DNA of 38,743 nt. Source: an uncultured Gammaproteobacteria bacterium (GTDB lineage Bacteria > Patescibacteriota > Patescibacteriia > UBA2196). Under the pieces are notes generated by a model. The model was not told the DNA's origin, ran no database searches, and worked only from the letters and a program-made list of their open reading frames with translations. How positions within the stretch are numbered: position 1 is the stretch's first letter; each line of letters opens with the position of its first letter. Below are positions 8,229-16,081 of the stretch, piece by piece. The stretch lies in contig CAZAVD010000004.1 in assembly GCA_964488715.1 (NCBI GenBank), forward strand, positions 1-38,743. Reading direction: 5' to 3'. The translations under genes were made by a program, and so were the position numbers.

Positions 8229-10439
8229 ATGTCAACCCAAAAAAAATCCAAAAAAATCTTAATATTTTCTTGCTTAATTATATTTTTAATTTTGCCGCAA
8301 ATAGTTATTGCTGAAAATAAAAAAAATAATTTATTAGCCTCATATAAAAGTGGGGAACTTTTAGTTAAATTAAAATCAAGTTCTGAAATTTATAAATTCA
8401 AATTTGATAATAATGAAAAATTAAATGAATTAATAAATTTTTATAATTCACTTCCTGAAATAGAATATACTGAACCAAATTATACTTACAAAGCCTCACT
8501 TGAACCTCTTGACGCATATTATCCACAACAACACCACTTAAGACAAATAAAAGCCCCACAAGCTTGGAGCACAACAACAGGGAGCAATAAAGTAATTATT
8601 GCAATTATAGATTCTGGTGTTGATACTGATCATCCTGATTTAAAAAATAACATTTGGATAAATTTAAAAGAAAAACCAAACAATGGAATTGATGATGATG
8701 AAAACGGCTATACTGATGATATAAATGGCTGGGATTTTGTAGATAATTCTAATGACCCAAAACCAAAATTAACAGATAATTATACTAAAACGGCTATTAA
8801 ACATGGAACAGTAGTTGCAGGAATTGCAGCTGCTCAAAGCGGTGACTATCAAGGAGTTGTTGGCGTTGCATGGCAAGCAAAAATTATGCCATTACGTGTT
8901 TTAGATGCTGTTGGTCTGGGAGATACTTTAACTGTTGCCAAAGCCATTGATTATGCTCGTGAACAAAAAGCAGATATTATAAATTTAAGTTTTGTTGGTG
9001 AAGGAGAAAGTTTAACACTAAAAAACGCAATTCGCCGCGCTCATGATGCAGGAATTCTTGTTATAGCAGCTGCAGGAAATGAAGTAGAATCTAGCATAAA
9101 TTTAGACACTAATCCGCGATATCCTGTTAGCCATGATGGTCCTAATGGTGAAAACTGGGTAATAGGTGTTGCATCAGTTAATAGTGCTGAAAAACTAGCC
9201 AGCTTTTCTAATTTTGGTTTAAAAAATATTGATTTAACTGCACCTGGTGTGAGTTTATTTAGCACAGTTTATCAAGATGATTCTGATTCAAATTTTAAAA
9301 AATATTATGAATCAGGATGGACTGGAACATCAGTTTCAGCCCCACAAGTGGCTGGAGCTGCCGCATTAATTAAAGCAATTAAACCAGGATTTACATTATC
9401 TCAAATAAAAGAATTATTGCTTACTAATGCTGACAATATTGATAACAAAAATAAAAAAAAATATAAAAATTTATTAGGCGCTGGAAGACTAAATGTTCAT
9501 AGCGCGATTTTACAAGCTAATTATAAAACTCCTGATCAACCAATTGCAAATGCTAAAATAATTACTTCACCTGGTCAGTCAGGTGGACCACATATTCGTA
9601 TTTTTAAAAAATCTAATTTAGAAAACCAATTTTTTGCTTATGAGGAAAATTTTAAAAATAATTTAAGCTTAAGTGTGGGAGATTTAGATAATACTGGAAA
9701 AAACAAAATAATTATTGGTCTTGGTTCAGGAACATATCCTTGGGTTAAGATTTTTGATCAAAACAGTAACTTAAAAAAACAATTTACAGCTTATGATTCA
9801 AATTTTCGCGGTGGAGTAGAAGTTGCTGTTGGCGATGTGAATGGTAATGGCAATTTAGAAATCATAACTGGCGCTGGAAAAGGTGGTGGTCCACATATTA
9901 GAATTTTTAATTCAAATGGAATTTTAATTAATCATTTTTTTGCTTTTGACAAAAAAGATCGTTCTGGTGTTTTAGTTGCGTCAGCAGATGTTAATAACGA
10001 TGGCAAAGATGAAATTATTGTTACTAAACAATCTAATTCATCAGAAATTAAAATTTTTGATTTATATGGAAATTTAATTAACAAGTTTTCACCTAAATTA
10101 AATAATATTTTAAGCATAACAGCTTCTAATATTAATTCTAACAATTCAGCAGAAATAATAATTGGCAGTGGAAAAGGAAATCAGCCACAAGTTCTTGTTT
10201 ATGATAAAAATGGAAACTTACAAAATGAATTTTTAGCATATCATCCAAATTTTAAAGGCGGTGTATTTGTTGCTACTGGAGATGTAGATGCTAATGGGAA
10301 AATTGAAATCATAACTGGCGCTGGGCCAGGAGGTGGGCCACATGTGCGCGTTTTTGATAATTTAGGAAATCCAAAATTCCACTTTTTCGCATATGATAAA
10401 AACTTTAGAGGTGGCGTTAGGGTTGCAACTAAAAAATAA
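8229..10439 (+). CDS. Secreted S8 (subtilisin-like) serine protease with C-terminal FG-GAP/VCBS-like repeats
   Basis: Signal peptide; catalytic triad in IIDSG, HGT and GTSVSAP; NGIDDDENGYTDDINGWDF insert; repeated GGPHIRIF...FAYD..FRGGV.VA.GD units. Confidence 0.93.
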   Translation: MSTQKKSKKILIFSCLIIFLILPQIVIAENKKNNLLASYKSGELLVKLKSSSEIYKFKFDNNEKLNELINFYNSLPEIEYTEPNYTYKASLEPLDAYYPQQHHLRQIKAPQAWSTTTGSNKVIIAIIDSGVDTDHPDLKNNIWINLKEKPNNGIDDDENGYTDDINGWDFVDNSNDPKPKLTDNYTKTAIKHGTVVAGIAAAQSGDYQGVVGVAWQAKIMPLRVLDAVGLGDTLTVAKAIDYAREQKADIINLSFVGEGESLTLKNAIRRAHDAGILVIAAAGNEVESSINLDTNPRYPVSHDGPNGENWVIGVASVNSAEKLASFSNFGLKNIDLTAPGVSLFSTVYQDDSDSNFKKYYESGWTGTSVSAPQVAGAAALIKAIKPGFTLSQIKELLLTNADNIDNKNKKKYKNLLGAGRLNVHSAILQANYKTPDQPIANAKIITSPGQSGGPHIRIFKKSNLENQFFAYEENFKNNLSLSVGDLDNTGKNKIIIGLGSGTYPWVKIFDQNSNLKKQFTAYDSNFRGGVEVAVGDVNGNGNLEIITGAGKGGGPHIRIFNSNGILINHFFAFDKKDRSGVLVASADVNNDGKDEIIVTKQSNSSEIKIFDLYGNLINKFSPKLNNILSITASNINSNNSAEIIIGSGKGNQPQVLVYDKNGNLQNEFLAYHPNFKGGVFVATGDVDANGKIEIITGAGPGGGPHVRVFDNLGNPKFHFFAYDKNFRGGVRVATKK

Positions 10440-10457
10440 TTAGGCTATAATAAACTT

Positions 10458-11468
10458 ATGAACAAAATCCTTCCTTCTGGAAAACCAAACATTTTAATCA
10501 CTGGTGGAGCTGGTTTTATCGGATCACATCTAGCTGATGCTTTAGTTAATCAAAATCACATAATTGTGGTTGACAATTTTATTACTGGATCTGAAAAAAA
10601 CATTGATTTGCTTTTACAAAATCCTAATTTTGAATTTATAAAACATGATTTAACCAAACCATTTGATTTAACTAAATTTCCAGAACTTAAAAAATTTAAA
10701 GTTGAACTGCAAGGAGTGCAAGAAATTTATCATTTAGCCTGTCCAACTTCACCAAAAGAATATAGTAAATTTCCTATTGAAACTTTAATGACTAATTCTT
10801 ATGCAACTTGGAATGCTCTAGAAATTGCAAAACAATTTAAATCTAAATTTCTTTTTCTGTCATCTTCATCAATATATGGCGACCTAGATGCAAACCAAGC
10901 AATTAAAGAAGATAACTGGGGGCATGTTAATCCAATTGGTCCGCGCTCTTGTTATAATGAAGGAAAAAGATTTGCTGAAAGTTTAATAATGAATTATCAT
11001 GAAAAATTTAATATAGATACGAAAATTGCTCGCGTGTTTAATACTTATGGTCCGCGAATGAAAACAGATGATGGTAGAATGATTCCTGATCAAATTGTAG
11101 CTGCATTAGCAAATAAAGATTTAGTAATTTATGGAACTGAAAATGACGAGGGTAGCTATTGCTATATTCAAGATTTGATTGAAGCATTAACACGATTAAT
11201 TAAATCTGATTTAAACAAACCTGTTAATTTAGGCAGCACTGAAAAGCATAAATTATCTGAAGTTGCTAAAATGATTATTGAGCAAACAGAATCAAAATCA
11301 AAAATTAAATTTGAAAAAATACCTAAATATTCTGCTAAACAACAACTAATTCCTGATATTTCTTTAGCAAAACAAGAAATTGATTGGTTCCCAATTGTGA
11401 CTCTTGAAGAAGGCTTGCAAAAAACAATTGAAGATATGAAAGTAAAGGTTAGGGAATATAGGGGATAA
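10458..11468 (+). CDS. NAD-dependent epimerase/dehydratase, UDP-glucuronate decarboxylase (UXS)-like
   Basis: ITGGAGFIGSHL, IYHLACPTSP, WGHVNPIGPRSCYNEGKRFAE and RVFNTYGPRM motifs. Confidence 0.9.
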   Translation: MNKILPSGKPNILITGGAGFIGSHLADALVNQNHIIVVDNFITGSEKNIDLLLQNPNFEFIKHDLTKPFDLTKFPELKKFKVELQGVQEIYHLACPTSPKEYSKFPIETLMTNSYATWNALEIAKQFKSKFLFLSSSSIYGDLDANQAIKEDNWGHVNPIGPRSCYNEGKRFAESLIMNYHEKFNIDTKIARVFNTYGPRMKTDDGRMIPDQIVAALANKDLVIYGTENDEGSYCYIQDLIEALTRLIKSDLNKPVNLGSTEKHKLSEVAKMIIEQTESKSKIKFEKIPKYSAKQQLIPDISLAKQEIDWFPIVTLEEGLQKTIEDMKVKVREYRG

Positions 11469-11488
11469 AAAAACTATTTTTATTAATT

Positions 11489-11517
11489 AATTTCGGCTAA
11501 AATTAGCCGAAATTTTT
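11489..11517 (+). terminator. Rho-independent terminator / short palindrome after the UXS-like gene
   Basis: AATTTCGGCTAA-aa-TTAGCCGAAATT followed by TTT. Confidence 0.7.
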
Positions 11518-11519
11518 AG

Positions 11520-11566
11520 TTATCCACAGTTTTACCCTTGACAACTTCCAAATAGTATGTTATTAT
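11520..11566 (+). promoter_or_regulatory. DnaA box plus strong sigma70 promoter
   Basis: TTATCCACA at 11520-11528, TTGACA at 11538-11543, 17-nt spacer, TG-n-TATTAT with the hexamer at 11561-11566. Confidence 0.75.
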
Positions 11567-12065
11567 AAGAGCATAATGAAGAGAGAAAAAAAGTAATAAA
11601 CAAGATCTCTTTTCATTTAATATCATTGACAAGAGATCTTTTTATTTTATATAACAATTTAACTTTTAAATAAGCTGGCTATTTGGCCAACTTCATGTAA
11701 GCTTGTGTCAAGTAGCCGACTTATTTAAGGGTTAAAATTTTAAACTTCTAGAGAAGAGAGATTAGCAAACTGGCATTAAATCTTATTTTATCTGCCAGTC
11801 ACTGTTTACTTAAAACTTCTCTGAAGATTTAAGAATTTAAAACATTTTCACTAATTTGGAGATTAGTCGCAGTTATGAAAAGGCTAAATCTGGTTTTACT
11901 AGATTTTCCCTTGGATTAACTGCTTGCCAGTATTTTGCTCTGTCAAATAAAACTGGTATTCCAAGCTCTTGGAATTTTGAGTGATGTGATTTCTCTAAAC
12001 ACATCATCCACTAATCTCCAGTTTAGTGGGAATGAAAAATAAAAAAACAAAATAAGGGATAAAAA

Positions 12066-12242
12066 ATGGAACTTGAAAAATTAAAAAAGCTAGCCATAAA
12101 TCTTTTGAATTATTATAAAGACTCAAAAGATCCATTGGCTTTTAAAGAAGCTATACGAATAATCACAAATGAAATCAGGCCAAAACAAGGTCTAGCTGAT
12201 TTTTTAAATGATTATTCAAGAATAGCTGGAATAAAAATTTAG
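12066..12242 (+). CDS. Putative 58-aa small protein embedded in the structured RNA
   Basis: ATG at 12066 with AAGGGA upstream, TAG at 12240-12242. Sequence MELEKLKKLAINLLNYYKDSKDPLAFKEAIRIITNEIRPKQGLADFLNDYSRIAGIKI; below the ORF-track cutoff. Confidence 0.4.
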   Translation: MELEKLKKLAINLLNYYKDSKDPLAFKEAIRIITNEIRPKQGLADFLNDYSRIAGIKI

Positions 12243-12359
12243 AAAAATTGTCAGAAGTTTAATATTTATACAACAAAACTTCTGACCTTTTCTAAGTTTC
12301 TAAATTAATTTTAGAAGTTTAGAAAAGTGGAAGAGAGTTTAAAAATATAGTATAATAAG

Positions 12360-12399
12360 GATGTTAACCCCACCCTTCGCGAAGGGTGGGGTTAACATC
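12360..12399. repeat. 40-bp perfect GC-rich palindrome
   Basis: GATGTTAACCCCACCCTTCG|CGAAGGGTGGGGTTAACATC. Confidence 0.95.
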
Positions 12400-12519
12400 A
12401 AAAAGCTGTTGGTTTGAATTAGAGGATAAAACAATCTCTCTTCTCGTCCCGCAATACTGTGGGACAACTATCCTTTAAATCAATTTTCTTGATCAAATCA
12501 AGAAGCCAACAGCTTTTTG

Positions 12520-12563
12520 GTTTTTAATCATTATGGCACGGTCGTGCCATAATGATTAAAAAC
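12520..12563. repeat. 44-bp palindrome, copy 2 of the TTTTTAATCATTATG family
   Basis: GTTTTTAATCATTATGGCACG-gt-CGTGCCATAATGATTAAAAAC; the right arm contains the prmC stop codon. Confidence 0.93.
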
Positions 12564-13389
12564 TAATTATTACAACTCTATTCCTTCCGGCCAAATCTTT
12601 AATAAACTTAATATTAATTTTTCCAAGCAGTTTTTGAACTGTTTTTTTTATTTCATTTTTTTGACTTGAATCAAATTCTAATAATATATATTTTGGCTTA
12701 TTTTTTAATTTACTAATCTGCTTTAATAATTTGCTTATAAAAAACAAACCATCTTTTCCAGCATATAATGCTTTCTGGGGTTCAAAAAATAAATCTTTAC
12801 TAACTTGTTTTTTATATTTATTTGGTAAATACGGGAGATTAGCTATTAAAATAGAATTTGTAAAATTAATATTTAAATTTTTCAATAAATCAGATTTTAT
12901 AAATTTAATTTTATTTTTTATATTATTATTTTCTGCATTTTTTTTCGCAATACTTAATGCCTGTTTAGAAATATCTGTTGCATAAAATTTTTTATTTTTA
13001 ATATTTTTAGCAAGAGAAATTATTAAACATCCAGAGCCAGTTCCAATTTCAATAATATTTTTTATATTTTTATTTTTTTCTAATAACTTTAAACTTTCTT
13101 GAACTAAAATTTCTGTTTCAGGACGGGGAATTAAAACATTTTTATTAATTAAAAAATCCAAACTATAAAATTCTTTCTTGCCAATAATATATGCCACTGG
13201 CTTTTTTTTAATTCTTTGCTTAATAAATTTTTTAAATTTATTTTCTTGTATTTTACTTAATTCAAATTCTGGATAAGAATAAATAAAAGCTTTATTTTTT
13301 TGAATCACAAAACATAACAAAACTTCTGCATCAAGATTTGATAATTTCTTTTTCTCTATGGCAAATTTTAAAATTTGACAAATTTTCAT
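12556..13389 (-). CDS. prmC: Release factor glutamine methyltransferase PrmC/HemK
   Basis: PVAYIIGKKEFY, VLIPRPETE, EIGTGSG, ANLPY (NPPY variant) and KDLAGRNRV; near prfA. Confidence 0.95.
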   Translation of the reverse strand: MKICQILKFAIEKKKLSNLDAEVLLCFVIQKNKAFIYSYPEFELSKIQENKFKKFIKQRIKKKPVAYIIGKKEFYSLDFLINKNVLIPRPETEILVQESLKLLEKNKNIKNIIEIGTGSGCLIISLAKNIKNKKFYATDISKQALSIAKKNAENNNIKNKIKFIKSDLLKNLNINFTNSILIANLPYLPNKYKKQVSKDLFFEPQKALYAGKDGLFFISKLLKQISKLKNKPKYILLEFDSSQKNEIKKTVQKLLGKINIKFIKDLAGRNRVVIISF

Positions 13390-13409
13390 ACAAAGATTAT
13401 AATATAATT
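13375..13409. promoter_or_regulatory. Bidirectional promoter between prmC and the antitoxin gene
   Basis: Plus strand TTGACA(13375-80)-17-TATAAT(13398-403)-6 nt-ATG 13410. Minus strand TATAAT(13401-396)-6 nt-ATG 13389. Confidence 0.7.
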
Positions 13410-13616
13410 ATGAACACAATAAATTTACCATTAACTTTAGACCAATTAGCTTTTGCATTAAAACAACTTCCAAAAAATGATGTTGAGGAGCTTGATTTAA
13501 TGTTGGATAAGAAATTAAAACAAACTGTTTTAAAAAGAGGAAAAACCGCTTATCAAGAATTTAAACAAGGAAACACTTTATCTTTAAACGATATTAAACA
13601 AGAATTAAATGTATAA
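13410..13616 (+). CDS. Putative antitoxin (68 aa) of a type II TA pair
   Basis: Small gene overlapping the RelE-like toxin start; C-terminal 'EFKQGNTLSLNDIKQEL' is typical of RelB-like partners. ATG 13410 preferred. Confidence 0.7.
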   Translation: MNTINLPLTLDQLAFALKQLPKNDVEELDLMLDKKLKQTVLKRGKTAYQEFKQGNTLSLNDIKQELNV

Positions 13617-13896
13617 ATTAGAATTCTTAAAACCTGTTAGAAAAGATTTGAAAAAACTCTTGCCCCAAACGCGAGAGTTTATTATTAATGATTCATTGCC
13701 AAAATTACAACATAAACCATATCAAGGCATTCAACTGCGAAATGAATTAAAAAAATATTATAAATACTCAATAAATCACAAAGGAGTAACTTACAGAATC
13801 ATTTATCAAATTTATAATCAAGAAGAAATTATTTTAATCATTGCTATTGGTGCTCGAGAAAAATTTTATGAAAGAATATTAAGACGGCTAAAATAA
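13609..13896 (+). CDS. RelE/ParE-family toxin
   Basis: 95-aa basic protein with MYKLEF...KDLKKL and YRIIYQI...ILIIAIGAREKFYE. Confidence 0.88.
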   Translation: MYKLEFLKPVRKDLKKLLPQTREFIINDSLPKLQHKPYQGIQLRNELKKYYKYSINHKGVTYRIIYQIYNQEEIILIIAIGAREKFYERILRRLK

Positions 13897-13898
13897 AA

Positions 13899-14939
13899 TT
13901 AATTTGCTTTTTTTAATTCTTGAATAATTTCTTTAATCTCACCGTCCATAATTGAATTAATATTATGCCAAGATTTTTTAACACGATGATCAGTTACACG
14001 ATCTTGAGGAAAGTTGTATGTTCGAATTTTTTCAGACCTATCACCAGAACCAATTTGTAGTTTTCGCTTTTCTGACATTTCTTTTTGTCTTTTTTCTTCT
14101 TCAAATGCCATTAATCGCGCACGTAAAACAGACAAAGCTTTTTCTCTATTTTTATGTTGAGATTTTTCATCTTGACAAGCAACAATTAAACCAGTTGGTA
14201 AATGAGTTATGCGAACAGCTGAATCAGTTGTATTTACACTTTGCCCACCAGGACCAGAAGAACGATAAACATCAATTTTAATATCTTGTGGATCAATTTT
14301 AATATCAATTTCATCTGCTTCTGGTAAAACAGCCACTGTAATTGCTGAAGTATGAACTCTTCCAGACTTTTCAGTTTCAGGAACTCGTTGCACACGATGA
14401 GTTCCAGATTCAAATTTCATCCAACCATAAACACCACTGCCAATAATTTCAAAAATAATTTCTTTAAACCCGCCAATTCCTATTGCATTACTAGATAATA
14501 TTTGCGATTTCCATCCCATGCTTTCTGCAAATTTTGCATAAACTCTAAACATTTCAGCTGTAAATAATGCTGACTCATCTCCACCAGTTCCTGCACGGAT
14601 TTCAATAATTGCATTTTTTTTATCTAATGGATTTTTAGGATTTAAAAACTCTTCTATTTTTTTTTCTAAATTACAAATTTTAGATTCTAAATCTTTATTT
14701 TCTGCTTCAGCCATTTCCACTAATTCTGCATCTTTTTTATCTTCAATAATCTTTTCATTTTCAATCAATAATTTTTCTAGTTTTTCTAATTCTTCTAATT
14801 TTTCATTAATTTCTTTAACTTCACTAAATTCTTTAGAAACTTGAGCATATTTTTTTGCATTACTTAAAACAGCAGAATCTTGAATAGCTTGCTCTAATTC
14901 TTGATATTTAGTTTTAATTTCTTTATATTTTTCTTGCAT
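13899..14939 (-). CDS. prfA: Peptide chain release factor 1
   Basis: [20 protein letters not shown] (PxT), SGPGGQSVN and [12 protein letters not shown]. Confidence 0.98.
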   Translation of the reverse strand: MQEKYKEIKTKYQELEQAIQDSAVLSNAKKYAQVSKEFSEVKEINEKLEELEKLEKLLIENEKIIEDKKDAELVEMAEAENKDLESKICNLEKKIEEFLNPKNPLDKKNAIIEIRAGTGGDESALFTAEMFRVYAKFAESMGWKSQILSSNAIGIGGFKEIIFEIIGSGVYGWMKFESGTHRVQRVPETEKSGRVHTSAITVAVLPEADEIDIKIDPQDIKIDVYRSSGPGGQSVNTTDSAVRITHLPTGLIVACQDEKSQHKNREKALSVLRARLMAFEEEKRQKEMSEKRKLQIGSGDRSEKIRTYNFPQDRVTDHRVKKSWHNINSIMDGEIKEIIQELKKAN

Positions 14940-14956
14940 ATAATTTAAACAAATTT

Positions 14957-14990
14957 AAAATCCTGCCATATTTAATAATAGCAGGATTTT
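14957..14990 (-). terminator. Terminator-like hairpin between rpmE and prfA
   Basis: AAAATCCTGC / GCAGGATTTT 10-bp arms. Confidence 0.55.
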
Positions 14991-15004
14991 TAATTATTTT
15001 AAAG

Positions 15005-15223
15005 TTATTTTTTAAACTTAGCTTTTTTAGCAACTCGTGCCTCAAATTTTTCAACTCTTTTAGCTGTATCAACTAATTTTTGCTTTCCAGTATAAAATGG
15101 ATGGCATTGTGAACACAGCTCAACTTTAATTTCGGGCGAGGTTGAGCCAATTTCAAATGAATTACCGCACGCGCAAGTAACCTTAGCATTTGGATAATAT
15201 TTAGGGTGAATATCTTTTTTCAT
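15005..15223 (-). CDS. rpmE: 50S ribosomal protein L31 (zinc-ribbon type)
   Basis: [14 protein letters not shown] and [13 protein letters not shown]. Confidence 0.98.
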   Translation of the reverse strand: MKKDIHPKYYPNAKVTCACGNSFEIGSTSPEIKVELCSQCHPFYTGKQKLVDTAKRVEKFEARVAKKAKFKK

Positions 15224-15229
15224 AAATAT

Positions 15230-15279
15230 AGTCTATCACACTTTAAATTTCTTGACAAGTCTTAGTATTATGTTAAACT
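15230..15279. promoter_or_regulatory. Divergent promoters for rpmE and rpsB
   Basis: Minus strand TTGTCA-17-TAGACT-6 nt-ATG (rpmE). Plus strand TTGACA at 15252-57 and TG-n-TAAACT with the hexamer at 15274-79. Confidence 0.6.
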
Positions 15280-15296
15280 AAAATCAAATTAATTAA

Positions 15297-15365
15297 ACCA
15301 CATGTTTTGCGATTAATAAGCTATCCTTTATAAATTAGTTTATTAATATGACCAGAACAGAGGAC
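15297..15365 (+). promoter_or_regulatory. Structured rpsB (S2) leader, likely autoregulatory
   Basis: Stems TGTTTTG/CAGAACA (15303-09/15353-59) and ATTAATAAGCTA/TAGTTTATTAAT (15312-23/15336-47) in the rpsB 5' UTR. Confidence 0.6.
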
Positions 15366-15377
15366 TAAAGGAAATTT

Positions 15378-16070
15378 ATGAAAACAACTGAAAAAGACCT
15401 GTTAAAAGCAGGCGTGCATTTTGGACACAAACCATCAAGCTGGCACCCTAGAATGTCAGATTTTATTTTTGCACAAAAAAACAATGTTCACATTATTAAT
15501 TTAACTAAAACAAAACAAAAACTTGAACAAGCATTAGAATTTATTAAAAAAACAATTACTGAAGACAAACAAATATTATTTGTTGGAACAAAAATTCAAG
15601 CAAAAGATATTGTTAAAAAATATGCACAAAAATGTGAAATGCCTTATATTGAACAAAAATGGTTAGGAGGAACTTTAACTAATTTTAAAGTTATAAATAG
15701 TTTAGTTAAAAAATTAGAAAGACTTGAAGCACAGGCTGAAAAAGATGATTATGAAAAAAAGTATATAAAAAAAGAACGACATATGTTTAATATAGAAATG
15801 GAAAGATTAACTAAAATGATTGAAGGAATTCGTACAATGAAACAAGCCCCTGATGCAATTTTTGTTGCTTCAGTGCGTGAAGAAAAAACAGCAATTCGCG
15901 AAGCTAGAAAAAAAGGAATTCCTATAATTGGAATCTGCGACACAAACACTGATCCAACTAAAGTAGATTACCCAATTCCAGCAAATGATGATGCAACTAA
16001 ATCAATTGAATTAATAACAAAATTAATTTGTGAAACAATTAAAGAAAATAAATCTAAAATTAAAAAATAA
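15378..16070 (+). CDS. rpsB: 30S ribosomal protein S2
   Basis: LLKAGVHFGH, ILFVGTK, KWLGGTLTNF and DTNTDP...PIPANDDA. Confidence 0.98.
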   Translation: MKTTEKDLLKAGVHFGHKPSSWHPRMSDFIFAQKNNVHIINLTKTKQKLEQALEFIKKTITEDKQILFVGTKIQAKDIVKKYAQKCEMPYIEQKWLGGTLTNFKVINSLVKKLERLEAQAEKDDYEKKYIKKERHMFNIEMERLTKMIEGIRTMKQAPDAIFVASVREEKTAIREARKKGIPIIGICDTNTDPTKVDYPIPANDDATKSIELITKLICETIKENKSKIKK

Positions 16071-16081
16071 AAAACTATTAT

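Larger units (their letters stand above)
11573..12520 (+). ncRNA. Candidate large structured RNA of unknown class
   Basis: About 1.1 kb without an ORF of 60 aa or more in a gene-dense genome. Consensus promoter upstream; consecutive long helices with G-U pairs favouring the + strand; 5-way junction at 11843-12034; terminal domain at 12400-12518 ending in a U-tract. Confidence 0.6.

Noticed and set aside
9560-10430. Repeated DNA segments (e.g. GAAATCATAACTGGCGCTGG twice) as a CRISPR or mobile repeat
   Set aside because: They are in-frame coding repeats of the FG-GAP-like domain of the S8 protease.
11470-11570. oriC
   Set aside because: Only one DnaA box here, no box cluster, and no dnaA/dnaN in the window. 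The box is better explained as promoter-associated.
11573-12520. RNase P, tmRNA, SRP, 6S, group I/II intron or CRISPR as the identity of the structured region
   Set aside because: No GAGGAAAGUCC P4 motif, no tRNA-like GGGG...CCA ends, no group II domain V or group I core recognised, and no regularly spaced direct repeats. This was judged by eye only; an Rfam search is still needed.
13338-13409. Longer 92-aa antitoxin start
   Set aside because: It overlaps prmC head-to-head and lies upstream of the consensus promoter; ATG 13410 fits better.
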